This document shows positions 8,642-16,828 of a DNA stretch of 44,698 nucleotides, in pieces. Source of the stretch: Bacilli bacterium (lineage in GTDB: Bacteria; Bacillota_I; Bacilli_A; RF39; UBA660); the NCBI GenBank assembly GCA_017476885.1, contig JAFUYX010000061.1, positions 1 through 44,698 on the forward strand, written 5' to 3'. Position numbers and translations under genes: made by a program. The stretch's first letter is position 1, and each line of letters starts with the position of its first letter. The notes beneath the pieces were generated by a model. It made no database searches. It worked only from the letters and a program-made list of their open reading frames with translations, and had not been told where the DNA came from.

Positions 8642-9759
8642 GCAAAATTCAAATAAGCAAAATACCAACCATAGACCAATTGAGATATCATAGCCTAGGA
8701 AAAAAAAGAAAAAAGAATATTTCTAGGGAGTCTCAAAAAGTATATGATAATCCAATAAAAATCAATGATTTAGCTTTAGAAATGCATCCCGAAAAAATTA
8801 AAATGGTAGTGAAAAATATTATAGACGAGAATTCTCAAGCAAAAACAATTTTTCTAGAAAAAGAAAAGAATCTTCTACCAGTCTATAGAGGTGGAGATCA
8901 AATTGCTATCTATCTAGGGAAAAAACAAGATTATGCCACTCAAACATACTCCATCAGTGGAAATCCATTAAAAAAAGAATATTGCATCACCATTTTAAAA
9001 GAGGATACAAAAGTATCAAATAATTTATATGAAAAAACAAAAATAGGAGATATCATTGAAGTATCAGAACCATTTCGAAATATTTTTTACAATCGAGTCC
9101 TAGATCAAAAAGAAGTACTCTTCCTTGTCAAAGGACTGTCCATAACAACAATTTATCCCATTATAATCGAAGTCTTAGAAAAAAAACTTGTAAAAAATGC
9201 AATCTTACTTTGGGAAAAAGATCAAGAAGAATATGTTCGAATTCAAAAAGAACTGAATAAACTCATCCAAAAAAATCTTCATTTTCAGATGATTGCTTTG
9301 GATGAAAAGAATACTAAAAAAACAAAAGAAGCCTTAGAAAAAATAGACTTAAATCATAAGAGTATTTTTGTTGCAGGAAATCCTTCGTTTTATAAAAGAG
9401 TAAATACAATATTAAAAGACTTTGAACTATCCTCCAACCAAGTTCATTATGAATTAAAAAAAATTAAACCTTCGAAATTAGAAACAAAAAGTTATTATAT
9501 GACAGTAATTACGAAAGAGGAGAAAAAAAGAATCTCTATTCATGCCCAAGAAACAATTTTAGATTCTCTCTTAAAATCCGGAATCAAAGTAAAATCCAAA
9601 TGCAATATTGGAACATGCGGATATTGCAAAAGCAAACTCATCAAAGGAAAAATCAACACCGATCAAACATATATGAGATATGCAGACAAACAAAATCATT
9701 ACATTCATCCATGTGTGAGTTATCCTTTATCTAACATCACCATCGAACTTCCATTTTAA
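8638..9759 (+). CDS. FNR-like flavin reductase domain fused to a C-terminal plant-type 2Fe-2S ferredoxin domain
   Basis: ATGA overlap with the upstream stop; RBS AAGGAG. FAD-site-like QTYSIS. C-terminal CNIGTCGYC..(29)..C cluster motif. The track ORF from 8545 is an out-of-context extension. Confidence 0.8.
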   Translation: MSKIQISKIPTIDQLRYHSLGKKRKKNISRESQKVYDNPIKINDLALEMHPEKIKMVVKNIIDENSQAKTIFLEKEKNLLPVYRGGDQIAIYLGKKQDYATQTYSISGNPLKKEYCITILKEDTKVSNNLYEKTKIGDIIEVSEPFRNIFYNRVLDQKEVLFLVKGLSITTIYPIIIEVLEKKLVKNAILLWEKDQEEYVRIQKELNKLIQKNLHFQMIALDEKNTKKTKEALEKIDLNHKSIFVAGNPSFYKRVNTILKDFELSSNQVHYELKKIKPSKLETKSYYMTVITKEEKKRISIHAQETILDSLLKSGIKVKSKCNIGTCGYCKSKLIKGKINTDQTYMRYADKQNHYIHPCVSYPLSNITIELPF

Positions 9760-9810
9760 TCTTGTCTAGAAAAGAAAAACAAACTATAATAATAAACTAG
9801 GTGAATCAAG

Positions 9811-10593
9811 ATGAATAAGATTATAAAATTTAAAAAATCCAAAGGAAATACCTATATCCTATATTTCGATTCCAAATCGATAACACTATATGATGATATC
9901 ATTACAAAGTATGAACTAATTCGCAAAAAAGAAATATCAGATGAAGAATTAGAAAGCATTGAAAAAGAAAACCATAAATTGGCTGCATACTATAAAGCAC
10001 TAGCTTACATAAATATCAAGGTTCGCAGCGAAAAAGAAGTAAAAGAATACTTAAAAAAACAAGGTTTCCTAGAGCAGACAATTTCATATACAATTCAAAT
10101 TTTGAAAGAAAAGAAATACATAGACGAAAGTAGGTATATTGAACTCTATATAGAAGATAGCATTCGCTTAAAACTAGATGGGCCAGAAAAAATTAAAAGA
10201 AATTTAGTCCAATTAGGCTTGCCAAATGAAAAAATAGAGAATTATTTGCAAGAAATAAATCCCTGTATCTGGGAAGATAAAATCCGTAAAATCATATCTA
10301 AAAAAAATCGAACGAAACATTCAGAAAGTGGAGTAGTATGGAAGAGAAAAATCGAAAGTTACCTCTATCATAATGGATATTCAAAAGAAATGATGGAACC
10401 CATGATAAGTGATCTTCAATCCCAAGACGATGACAGCACCTTAGAAAGGGAAATTCAAAAGTGGTTAAAAAAGTATTTACAAAAATATCGAAAGGAAGAA
10501 GCTTATTTAAGAGTGAAACAAAAACTAATCGGAAAGGGATATCAAAAAGAGAATATCGAAAGAATTCTAAAAAAAATAGAAGAACAGAATTAA
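9811..10593 (+). CDS. recX: recombination regulator RecX
   Basis: Firmicute-length (260 aa) RecX layout: N-terminal beta region, then repeated three-helix modules (SEKEVKEYLKKQGF.., IKRNLVQLGL.., VKQKLIGKGY..). Confidence 0.75.
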   Translation: MNKIIKFKKSKGNTYILYFDSKSITLYDDIITKYELIRKKEISDEELESIEKENHKLAAYYKALAYINIKVRSEKEVKEYLKKQGFLEQTISYTIQILKEKKYIDESRYIELYIEDSIRLKLDGPEKIKRNLVQLGLPNEKIENYLQEINPCIWEDKIRKIISKKNRTKHSESGVVWKRKIESYLYHNGYSKEMMEPMISDLQSQDDDSTLEREIQKWLKKYLQKYRKEEAYLRVKQKLIGKGYQKENIERILKKIEEQN

Positions 10594-10608
10594 GTTCTTC
10601 TATTTTTT
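10577..10608. terminator. bidirectional terminator between recX and prsA
   Basis: tagaagaac-agaattaa-gttcttcta followed by TTTTTT; A-run on the other side. Confidence 0.5.
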
Positions 10609-11608
10609 AGTTACTAGTATTTCTTGCTTGAGCAATTTGATTAGCGATATAATTAGAATACTTTGTTTTGATATCTGAATCTTCAATATTCATCCCATAT
10701 TCTTTACGCATCTCATCTAATGCAGTAACACGAATGGTTGCATCTTCCTCTAATTTTTGAGTTCCTAAAGTATCGGTTATCTCGCTTCTTTTATCATCTA
10801 GACTTGCTTTTTCTTTAGCAGATTCGCGGAAAATTACATGATAACCAAGATCAGTAGTAATGATAGATTTAGAATACTCTCCATCTTTTAAACTACGAGC
10901 ACTCTTTAAAATTTCATCATAAGAGCTGGTTAACGTTCCTGTGTTTACAGCGCCAAGAGAACCACCAATATCTTTTGTTGCATCATCCTCAGAATATTGT
11001 AATGCAAGTTCTTTAAAGGTTTCAAGTTTATTCTCTGCCTTATTTAACTTTTCAATCACTTCATTAATTTTTTTCTTTGCAGCTTCTTCTAATTTTGCCT
11101 TTTCTTCTTCACTGGTATCATCACTAACACCCGTTTTAACTAAAATGTGATCAATCACAATATCTGGATAAATATTTTTATCGTAATAAGACTGAATTTC
11201 AGCATCGGTAACTAAAGATTTGGCATAATCTTCAATCGCTTTATTACGAAGATTCGAAATATAAAGAGTTTCTTTATATCGATCTAAAGAACCAAAATAG
11301 GAAATAATTTGTTCTTCCCCATAAGCATCTTTCATTGATTTAACAGTAGTATCTGCATTCTTTTTCGCTTCCTCTAAATCACCTTCATATTTTTTTTCTA
11401 ATAGTTGCTTGTCCATAATATCAATAATAGTTTCTAAAGCATAATTTTCTTTCATAGCTTCATAAAGTTGATTGGCAGAGATTCCATCCGTTCCTTCTTT
11501 AAATGAAATGACCGCTTGACTTCCATCACTTAATGTTGGAATGCTTCCACATCCACATAATAATAAAGTACATACCCCAAGGGTTACTAATTTTTTACCT
11601 TTTTTCAT
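10607..11608 (-). CDS. prsA: foldase lipoprotein PrsA (parvulin-type peptidyl-prolyl isomerase)
   Basis: Lipobox LLLCGCGS after MKKGKKLVTLG. PPIase core HILVK..GGSLG..GYHVI. ATG at 11608 follows GGAG. Confidence 0.85.
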   Translation of the reverse strand: MKKGKKLVTLGVCTLLLCGCGSIPTLSDGSQAVISFKEGTDGISANQLYEAMKENYALETIIDIMDKQLLEKKYEGDLEEAKKNADTTVKSMKDAYGEEQIISYFGSLDRYKETLYISNLRNKAIEDYAKSLVTDAEIQSYYDKNIYPDIVIDHILVKTGVSDDTSEEEKAKLEEAAKKKINEVIEKLNKAENKLETFKELALQYSEDDATKDIGGSLGAVNTGTLTSSYDEILKSARSLKDGEYSKSIITTDLGYHVIFRESAKEKASLDDKRSEITDTLGTQKLEEDATIRVTALDEMRKEYGMNIEDSDIKTKYSNYIANQIAQARNTSN

Positions 11609-11700
11609 AATATTCTCCATTTCTTTTTTGCATAGGTTTATTATAGCACTTTTCTGCAAAAGTTTACAAGTAATTCACATGCACCAAAACAAAATTTAAC

Positions 11701-11709
11701 CATAAAATA
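11701..11709 (+). promoter_or_regulatory. possible mother-cell sigma (sigmaK/E-type) -10 element CATAaaaTA
   Basis: CATAAAATA at 11701-11709, with AC 16 nt upstream (11683-11684), about 30 nt before the first YjcZ-like ORF. Confidence 0.25.
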
Positions 11710-11740
11710 CTAATGAAAGACAAATAAAGGAGGGATATTC

Positions 11741-11830
11741 ATGGTTAACTGTCATGAAAACGGACTTGGTCCTGCAATTATTCTAGTACTATTTATCTTA
11801 TTAATCTTAATTGTAGGAGCATTCATTTAG
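11741..11830 (+). CDS. YjcZ-like small hydrophobic sporulation peptide (29 aa)
   Basis: MVNCHENGLGPAIILVLFILLILIVGAFI. Strong RBS AAAGGAGGG 7 nt upstream. The Gly-rich head plus ILVLFILLI core is the YjcZ-family pattern. Confidence 0.6.
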   Translation: MVNCHENGLGPAIILVLFILLILIVGAFI

Positions 11831-11856
11831 TCTTTATATAAAAGGAGGTGTATCTC

Positions 11857-11979
11857 ATGGGATGTTGTAAAAATAATGGTGGAGGAGGAAATTCTTCATC
11901 TCCATATGCAAATTCTGCTTTTATTATTCTAGTATTATACATACTATTAGCCATCATACTAGGGGGTATATTATTTTAA
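11857..11979 (+). CDS. YjcZ-like small hydrophobic sporulation peptide (40 aa)
   Basis: MGCCKNNGGGGNSSSPYANSAFIILVLYILLAIILGGILF. RBS AAAGGAGGTG upstream. Confidence 0.65.
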   Translation: MGCCKNNGGGGNSSSPYANSAFIILVLYILLAIILGGILF

Positions 11980-11980
11980 A

Positions 11981-12008
11981 AAGAACGATGCACAGCACGT
12001 TCTTTTTT
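11981..12008 (+). terminator. rho-independent terminator after the peptide pair
   Basis: aagaacg-(10 nt)-cgttctt followed by TTTTTT. Confidence 0.55.
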
Positions 12009-12144
12009 GGTTATCTAAACCAAAAGAACTAAAAAAATGACGTGAACAATACCATAAAATGACATAAAAAAGGGATTGAACGCGATAAAATATAGTGCTT
12101 TCACTTTTTTCAAAAAGCAAAAAATCGATAATTACAAAAGAGAC

Positions 12145-12173
12145 TTTTCATCTTAATAAAAATTTTGTATAAT
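12145..12173 (+). promoter_or_regulatory. candidate sigmaA promoter of the HerA-like gene
   Basis: TTTTCA (12145-12150), 17-nt spacer, TATAAT (12168-12173). Confidence 0.35.
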
Positions 12174-12201
12174 AGAGATTAGAAAAGGGTAGTGATGATA
12201 C

Positions 12202-13953
12202 ATGTTTGGACGTGTAATAAATTCAAAAGAAAATCATGTGATTATAGAAAATCCATCCCATAACGTCATCTTAGCATTACAAGGAGTTCACGTGGTATTT
12301 GAAGAGAGTGAACGGCTCATTATCGGTCAAATTGTTTCGTTGGATTCTGATAAATATGAAATTACGTTAATTGGAGAAATCTCAAATGGAAGATTTTACA
12401 ATGGGATATATAAACAACCAAGTATTAGTAATCCTCCAAGGTTAGTCAATTCTAAAGAACTCATTACATTCATTGGAAATCAAAACTATAAGGATAATAA
12501 TACCTTACTCATTGGAACTTCTACCATCTATAATCAATACAATGTAACCGCAAGTTTAAATGATTTCTTTTCCAATCACTTTGCTATTGTAGGAAATTCA
12601 GGATATGGAAAATCCTGTGGAGTAGCAAGACTTTTACAAAATGCTTTCTATTATCATGAAACACCACCAAAGAATGCTCACATTGTTTTATTTGATGTAT
12701 ATGGAGAATATAACAATGCTTTTTCTAAGATTGAAGGAATTCCAGGTTTAAAATATAAAAATTATAAAAACGAATCTTCTAATGTCGATAGTGTCATCAA
12801 AATACCAACATATTTTCTAGATGCCGATGATTTAGCAATTCTATTAGATGTAGAAAATCCCCATTTAGTACCAGTTTTAGAAAAAGCATTATACTACGTT
12901 AGGGTCTTTAAATCCGTAGATGAATCTTCTATAAAATATAAGAATCACATTATTGCCACGACCTTAATAGACATCTTATCTCTAGGGCGAAACGCGGCCC
13001 AAATGAGAGATCAAATGATATCCATTTTAGAGAGATACAATACTCCAGATATTAATGAAAATAGCAAAATTGTGGAACCAGGGTATACAAGAACTTTAAA
13101 ACAATGCTTAAACGTTGATGCTCAAGGAAAAATCAATGCACTTTCCCTTGTTATAGAATTCTTAAACCAATATAAAAATATGAGTTTAGAAGAATTTCAA
13201 GGAGGAGCATCCGATATCTACAACTTGCAAGATTTATACAATGCCTTAGAATTTGCTTTATTATCCGAAGGAATCTACAATAATGAAGGAATATATGAGA
13301 AAGCCAGTACCTTAAAAGTAAGATTAGGACACATCATTAATAGTCCAAAAAGAAAGTTTTTTGAATATGACCAAGTGATAAGCAAAGAAGAATATATTCA
13401 AAATCTTTTTAAAAACGAATTTGGAGAGCCATTACAGATTATCAATTTTAATCTGGATTCATTAGATGATCGTTTTGCCAAAGTATTAACAAAGATATAT
13501 TCCAAATTATTCTTTAATTATGCAACAAATCTTCAAGACAGAGGATCATATCCAATACACATTATCCTAGAAGAAGCACATAGGTATGTAAATTCTGACA
13601 CAGATATCCATGTCCTTGGATATAACATTTTTGACCGCATTACCAAAGAGGGAAGAAAGTATGGAGTAATACTAGGCCTTATCACTCAAAGACCAAGTGA
13701 ACTTTCCAAAACAGCACTATCTCAATGCTCAAACTTCTTAATATTCCGAATTTTTCATCCAGAAGATTATGATATGATTGTATCGATGACCTCTTCGGTG
13801 CCTACAGAAGAATTATTAAAATTAAAAACGTTAAGAAGAGGAATTGCTCTAGGTTTTGGAAGTGCCTTTGCAACGCCATTCTTAGTCAAATTAGATATGC
13901 CAGATCCTCCGCCTATGAGCAACAATGTAAATATCACAAAAACATGGTTCTAA
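12202..13953 (+). CDS. HerA/FtsK-class (DUF87) ATPase, HerA-like
   Basis: N-terminal barrel-like region. Walker A VGNSGYGKSCG, Walker B HIILEEAHRYV, then GLITQRPSELS. Confidence 0.8.
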   Translation: MFGRVINSKENHVIIENPSHNVILALQGVHVVFEESERLIIGQIVSLDSDKYEITLIGEISNGRFYNGIYKQPSISNPPRLVNSKELITFIGNQNYKDNNTLLIGTSTIYNQYNVTASLNDFFSNHFAIVGNSGYGKSCGVARLLQNAFYYHETPPKNAHIVLFDVYGEYNNAFSKIEGIPGLKYKNYKNESSNVDSVIKIPTYFLDADDLAILLDVENPHLVPVLEKALYYVRVFKSVDESSIKYKNHIIATTLIDILSLGRNAAQMRDQMISILERYNTPDINENSKIVEPGYTRTLKQCLNVDAQGKINALSLVIEFLNQYKNMSLEEFQGGASDIYNLQDLYNALEFALLSEGIYNNEGIYEKASTLKVRLGHIINSPKRKFFEYDQVISKEEYIQNLFKNEFGEPLQIINFNLDSLDDRFAKVLTKIYSKLFFNYATNLQDRGSYPIHIILEEAHRYVNSDTDIHVLGYNIFDRITKEGRKYGVILGLITQRPSELSKTALSQCSNFLIFRIFHPEDYDMIVSMTSSVPTEELLKLKTLRRGIALGFGSAFATPFLVKLDMPDPPPMSNNVNITKTWF

Positions 13954-13956
13954 AAA

Positions 13957-13985
13957 AAGAATCACTTCAATCTGAAGTGATTCTT
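13957..13985. terminator. bidirectional terminator between convergent genes
   Basis: 12-bp stem aagaatcacttc/gaagtgattctt with flanking A/T runs. Confidence 0.6.
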
Positions 13986-15110
13986 TTAAAATTCATAAAT
14001 TGTATAAGGATTGTCTTTAGTACCCACACCAGATTTAAATATTACATCACTAGGAAGAGCAATGACAACTCGAATATATGTTTTTTGATTGGCTGCATAT
14101 AGCTGTATAGCACCATTCATAGAGGAATTCACATAATAAACATGATAAGTATCTTCATTGGTACCATTTAAAAGCCAAAAATGATTCGAAGTATTAGATA
14201 GATAATTATAATTAGAACAATTTCGATCTTCCACTCTTATACAATAAGGATCCAAAGAAGCATTCATATAATCATAAATGGTAAGTAGACTAATAGGAGT
14301 AGAAGTTGTAGTAAAGCATTCAATAGAGCCATCCTTTTGGGTATCGTATTTGCTTCTAGTATGAGTACAAGCATCCATGTTTTTTAAATAAGCATGATGA
14401 CCAGCAAAGAAACTATCATAAAAACCATTCAAAGTATCATAGATACGACTATTCTCAAAAGTGTTTTTTCCTCGATTGGACTTGGCCATTTCATTATAAC
14501 GATCATCAAATACATAAGCTTTATCATTTAAAGTATCAGATAACACAAGATAAATGCGGTCCTTATCAAACTTAAAAATTCGCCAAGAATAATTCAAATA
14601 CTCCAAATAATTATTAACACTTTCCCCTTTGTAAAGATAGGTATCACCAAGTTTATTTAATCCCTCTTGATTTTCTTGAATCATTTCTTTATTTTGAATC
14701 ACTTCTAAAAGGGAAGTTGTTTCATAATGTTCACATTTTAAATAAGGAATATATCGATAGATAGGGGAACTTTGTTCTTCCTTTTCATATACAATTTGGA
14801 TGGTTCCATCGCACTGACTATCCTTACTAATCTTAGAGAGTTCTTTCAAATACTCTTTTTCCACTAAAGTTGAAACTTCGATAGTAGAAATAGGATTATT
14901 AGGAGTAGGATATACATCTTGATGAGCACTTAAATATTTCTTAGTGGCAGTAATCATCATATTTTCAATCTCATGAGAATCATACCTTTTAAAAGCGTTG
15001 GCTAAAATGAAGATAAGAATGATAAGAAGAATAAGCACTAATAAGACACACCCGCTAATGAAAATAATGAGTTTCTTCTTTTCCGACCATAGTTCTTTTA
15101 ATTTATTCAT
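13986..15110 (-). CDS. membrane-anchored extracytoplasmic protein of unknown function (resembles the DUF6273-type family)
   Basis: N-terminal TM LIIFISGCVLLVLILLIILIFIL. Core GESV..YSWRIFKFDKDRIYLVLSD and C-terminal ..TYIRVVIAL, shared with the ORF at 30554-31438. ATG at 15110 follows GAGG. Confidence 0.6.
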   Translation of the reverse strand: MNKLKELWSEKKKLIIFISGCVLLVLILLIILIFILANAFKRYDSHEIENMMITATKKYLSAHQDVYPTPNNPISTIEVSTLVEKEYLKELSKISKDSQCDGTIQIVYEKEEQSSPIYRYIPYLKCEHYETTSLLEVIQNKEMIQENQEGLNKLGDTYLYKGESVNNYLEYLNYSWRIFKFDKDRIYLVLSDTLNDKAYVFDDRYNEMAKSNRGKNTFENSRIYDTLNGFYDSFFAGHHAYLKNMDACTHTRSKYDTQKDGSIECFTTTSTPISLLTIYDYMNASLDPYCIRVEDRNCSNYNYLSNTSNHFWLLNGTNEDTYHVYYVNSSMNGAIQLYAANQKTYIRVVIALPSDVIFKSGVGTKDNPYTIYEF

Positions 15111-15191
15111 AAGTACCAACCTCTACAAGAATTATAACGAAATTTTAAGAAAAAAGCAATTTCTAAGACTATTATTTACAAATATGGACAA

Positions 15192-15217
15192 GAAAAAAAA
15201 CCATAAAATGGTTTTTT
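15192..15217 (-). terminator. rpsD terminator
   Basis: aaaaaaccat-aaa-atggtttttt hairpin overlapping the stop codon, with a T-run on the minus strand. Confidence 0.6.
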
Positions 15218-15818
15218 AACGATTATAGAATTCAACAATTAATGCTTCATTGATTTCTGGACTTAATTCGCTACGATCAGGACGACGTAGGTAAGTACCA
15301 GTCATTTTTTTCTTATCAAATTCAACAAAAGCTTTAGTAGAAACACTAGCTTCTAAACTAGCTAACATTGCTGGATGAGATAAAGATTGTTCTTTTACAG
15401 AAATCACATCTCCAGGCTTACACGTATAAGAAGGAATGTTTACTTTTTTTCCATTGACTAAAATATGTCCATGGTTAACAAGTTGTCTAGCACCTCTTCT
15501 TGTATTGCTAAGTCCCATACGATAAACTAAATTGTCTAATCTACTTTCTAGTAAGAATAGTAAATCTTCACCAGTAATACCATGCATCTTAGAAGCACGA
15601 TCAAATACTTTATGGAATTGTTTTTCATTTAATCCATATAAGAAACGAACTTTTTGCTTTTCTTGTAACTGAACACCATATTCACTTAATTTCTTACGAC
15701 GATCCATGCCATGTTGACCTGGAGCATAAGGACGACGAGCTAAATCTTTTCCATTTTCTAAAGTAGAAAAACCAAGTCTTCTAGAACGTTTATTTTGAGG
15801 ACCTGTATATCTTGCCAT
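15216..15818 (-). CDS. rpsD: 30S ribosomal protein S4
   Basis: [16 protein letters not shown]..; S4 domain [31 protein letters not shown]. Confidence 0.97.
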   Translation of the reverse strand: MARYTGPQNKRSRRLGFSTLENGKDLARRPYAPGQHGMDRRKKLSEYGVQLQEKQKVRFLYGLNEKQFHKVFDRASKMHGITGEDLLFLLESRLDNLVYRMGLSNTRRGARQLVNHGHILVNGKKVNIPSYTCKPGDVISVKEQSLSHPAMLASLEASVSTKAFVEFDKKKMTGTYLRRPDRSELSPEINEALIVEFYNR

Positions 15819-15972
15819 ATATATTCTCCTTTCTATAAATTGCTAAGTAGTTGTAAAATCTTCTTCTCTTATAGGGAGTAGTTACTAACGCGTTCTAATG
15901 GCAGATTATACTTGCGACATTTTGTTAACTACACATTACAAAGAATTAGATTTGCTGCCAAACTAAATAAGC
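15819..15972 (-). promoter_or_regulatory. rpsD 5' leader (about 155 nt), candidate S4 autoregulatory region
   Basis: Long untranslated gap between the predicted promoter and the RBS AAAGGAG. Contains a long-range complement TGGCAG/CTGCCA. S4 autoregulation through a long leader is known in B. subtilis. Confidence 0.4.
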
Positions 15973-15978
15973 GATACT

Positions 15979-16008
15979 ATTATACTAAAGTTCTTCTTTT
16001 CATGTCAA
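15979..16008 (-). promoter_or_regulatory. sigmaA promoter for rpsD
   Basis: Minus strand: TTGACA (16008-16003), 18-nt spacer, TATAAT (15984-15979). The -35 lies next to the stop codon of the upstream gene. Confidence 0.5.
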
Positions 16009-16722
16009 GGTATTTTGTTGATTTCTAGGCATAAAAACATCCTCAACAAAGACAATAAATTTGAGCAAAAGTTCATTTAAATCAATAGTTTCGTCAAACC
16101 CGTCTGTTTTATATCTTAGCAGAAAAAATAGGGTTTTGAGTTCACTAGGGGAAAAGAACTCTTGAAAATCTTTTAAATATTGTTGACAAAAAGAAGAAAC
16201 AATAAGAATTTGAAGATTAGAAAAAACATCGTGATAAAAATACATCACTTTTAAAAATAACGCCTGATAGTGCTTTACAGAGAACTTAAAATTGCCTAAA
16301 TACATGTGATATTGTTCTAAAGAGATTATATCTAAAGTGTAGTAGATAAACAGTATTTCATAATACGAAAAACAATAGAATAAATCATCATTTTTGTGCT
16401 CTAAAAAAGTTTTCATAGAACTAGAACTCTGCTGATATAATTGTCTTAAGAAGAACATATTCCATTGATCAATATTTTCTTTTGCATTGGAATCAAGTTT
16501 TAAATAACTTTCAAAAACCTCACGTTTTAATTGAACAATATTTCTTTTAGGGCTTTTATGGATATCTAAAAGACGTCTGTTTTTCTCAAGCAGATAAAAA
16601 GTATGATGGTAAGGAAGGCCAGTCCACTTTTGAATTTCTTTGATACTCATAGCTCTTCCTTGCAAAAGGCAAATTAAATTCATTTCATCACTAGTAAACT
16701 TCCAAGCCTCTTCCAACTTCAT
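16000..16722 (-). CDS. hypothetical protein with probable N-terminal winged-helix/HTH (240 aa)
   Basis: N-terminus LLQGRAMSIKEIQKWTGLPYHHTFYLLEKN is HTH-like; the remainder is helical and aromatic-rich. ATG at 16722 follows GGGGG. Confidence 0.5.
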   Translation of the reverse strand: MKLEEAWKFTSDEMNLICLLQGRAMSIKEIQKWTGLPYHHTFYLLEKNRRLLDIHKSPKRNIVQLKREVFESYLKLDSNAKENIDQWNMFFLRQLYQQSSSSMKTFLEHKNDDLFYCFSYYEILFIYYTLDIISLEQYHMYLGNFKFSVKHYQALFLKVMYFYHDVFSNLQILIVSSFCQQYLKDFQEFFSPSELKTLFFLLRYKTDGFDETIDLNELLLKFIVFVEDVFMPRNQQNTLT

Positions 16723-16828
16723 ACATAGTCCCCCTTTTTTTTTGTGACATATCTTATAACAAAAGAGAAAAAAAATCAAGACTAGACCGAAAGAGAAGAT
16801 ATAGGTATAATGAAATAGGTGAAGTACA

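Noticed and set aside
8699-8716. A8/A6 homopolymer tracts early in the FNR-like gene as a phase-variation switch
   Set aside because: Such A-runs encoding Lys are frequent throughout this AT-rich window (for example 21900-21955 and 24150-24160). There is no evidence of alternative frames restoring an ORF.
13986-15110. Possibility that the 374-aa neighbour is the NurA-type partner of the HerA-like ATPase
   Set aside because: It is convergent and separated by a strong terminator. It has an N-terminal TM anchor and an extracytoplasmic Cys-rich domain, and it is paralogous to the 30554 envelope protein. That is not a nuclease layout.
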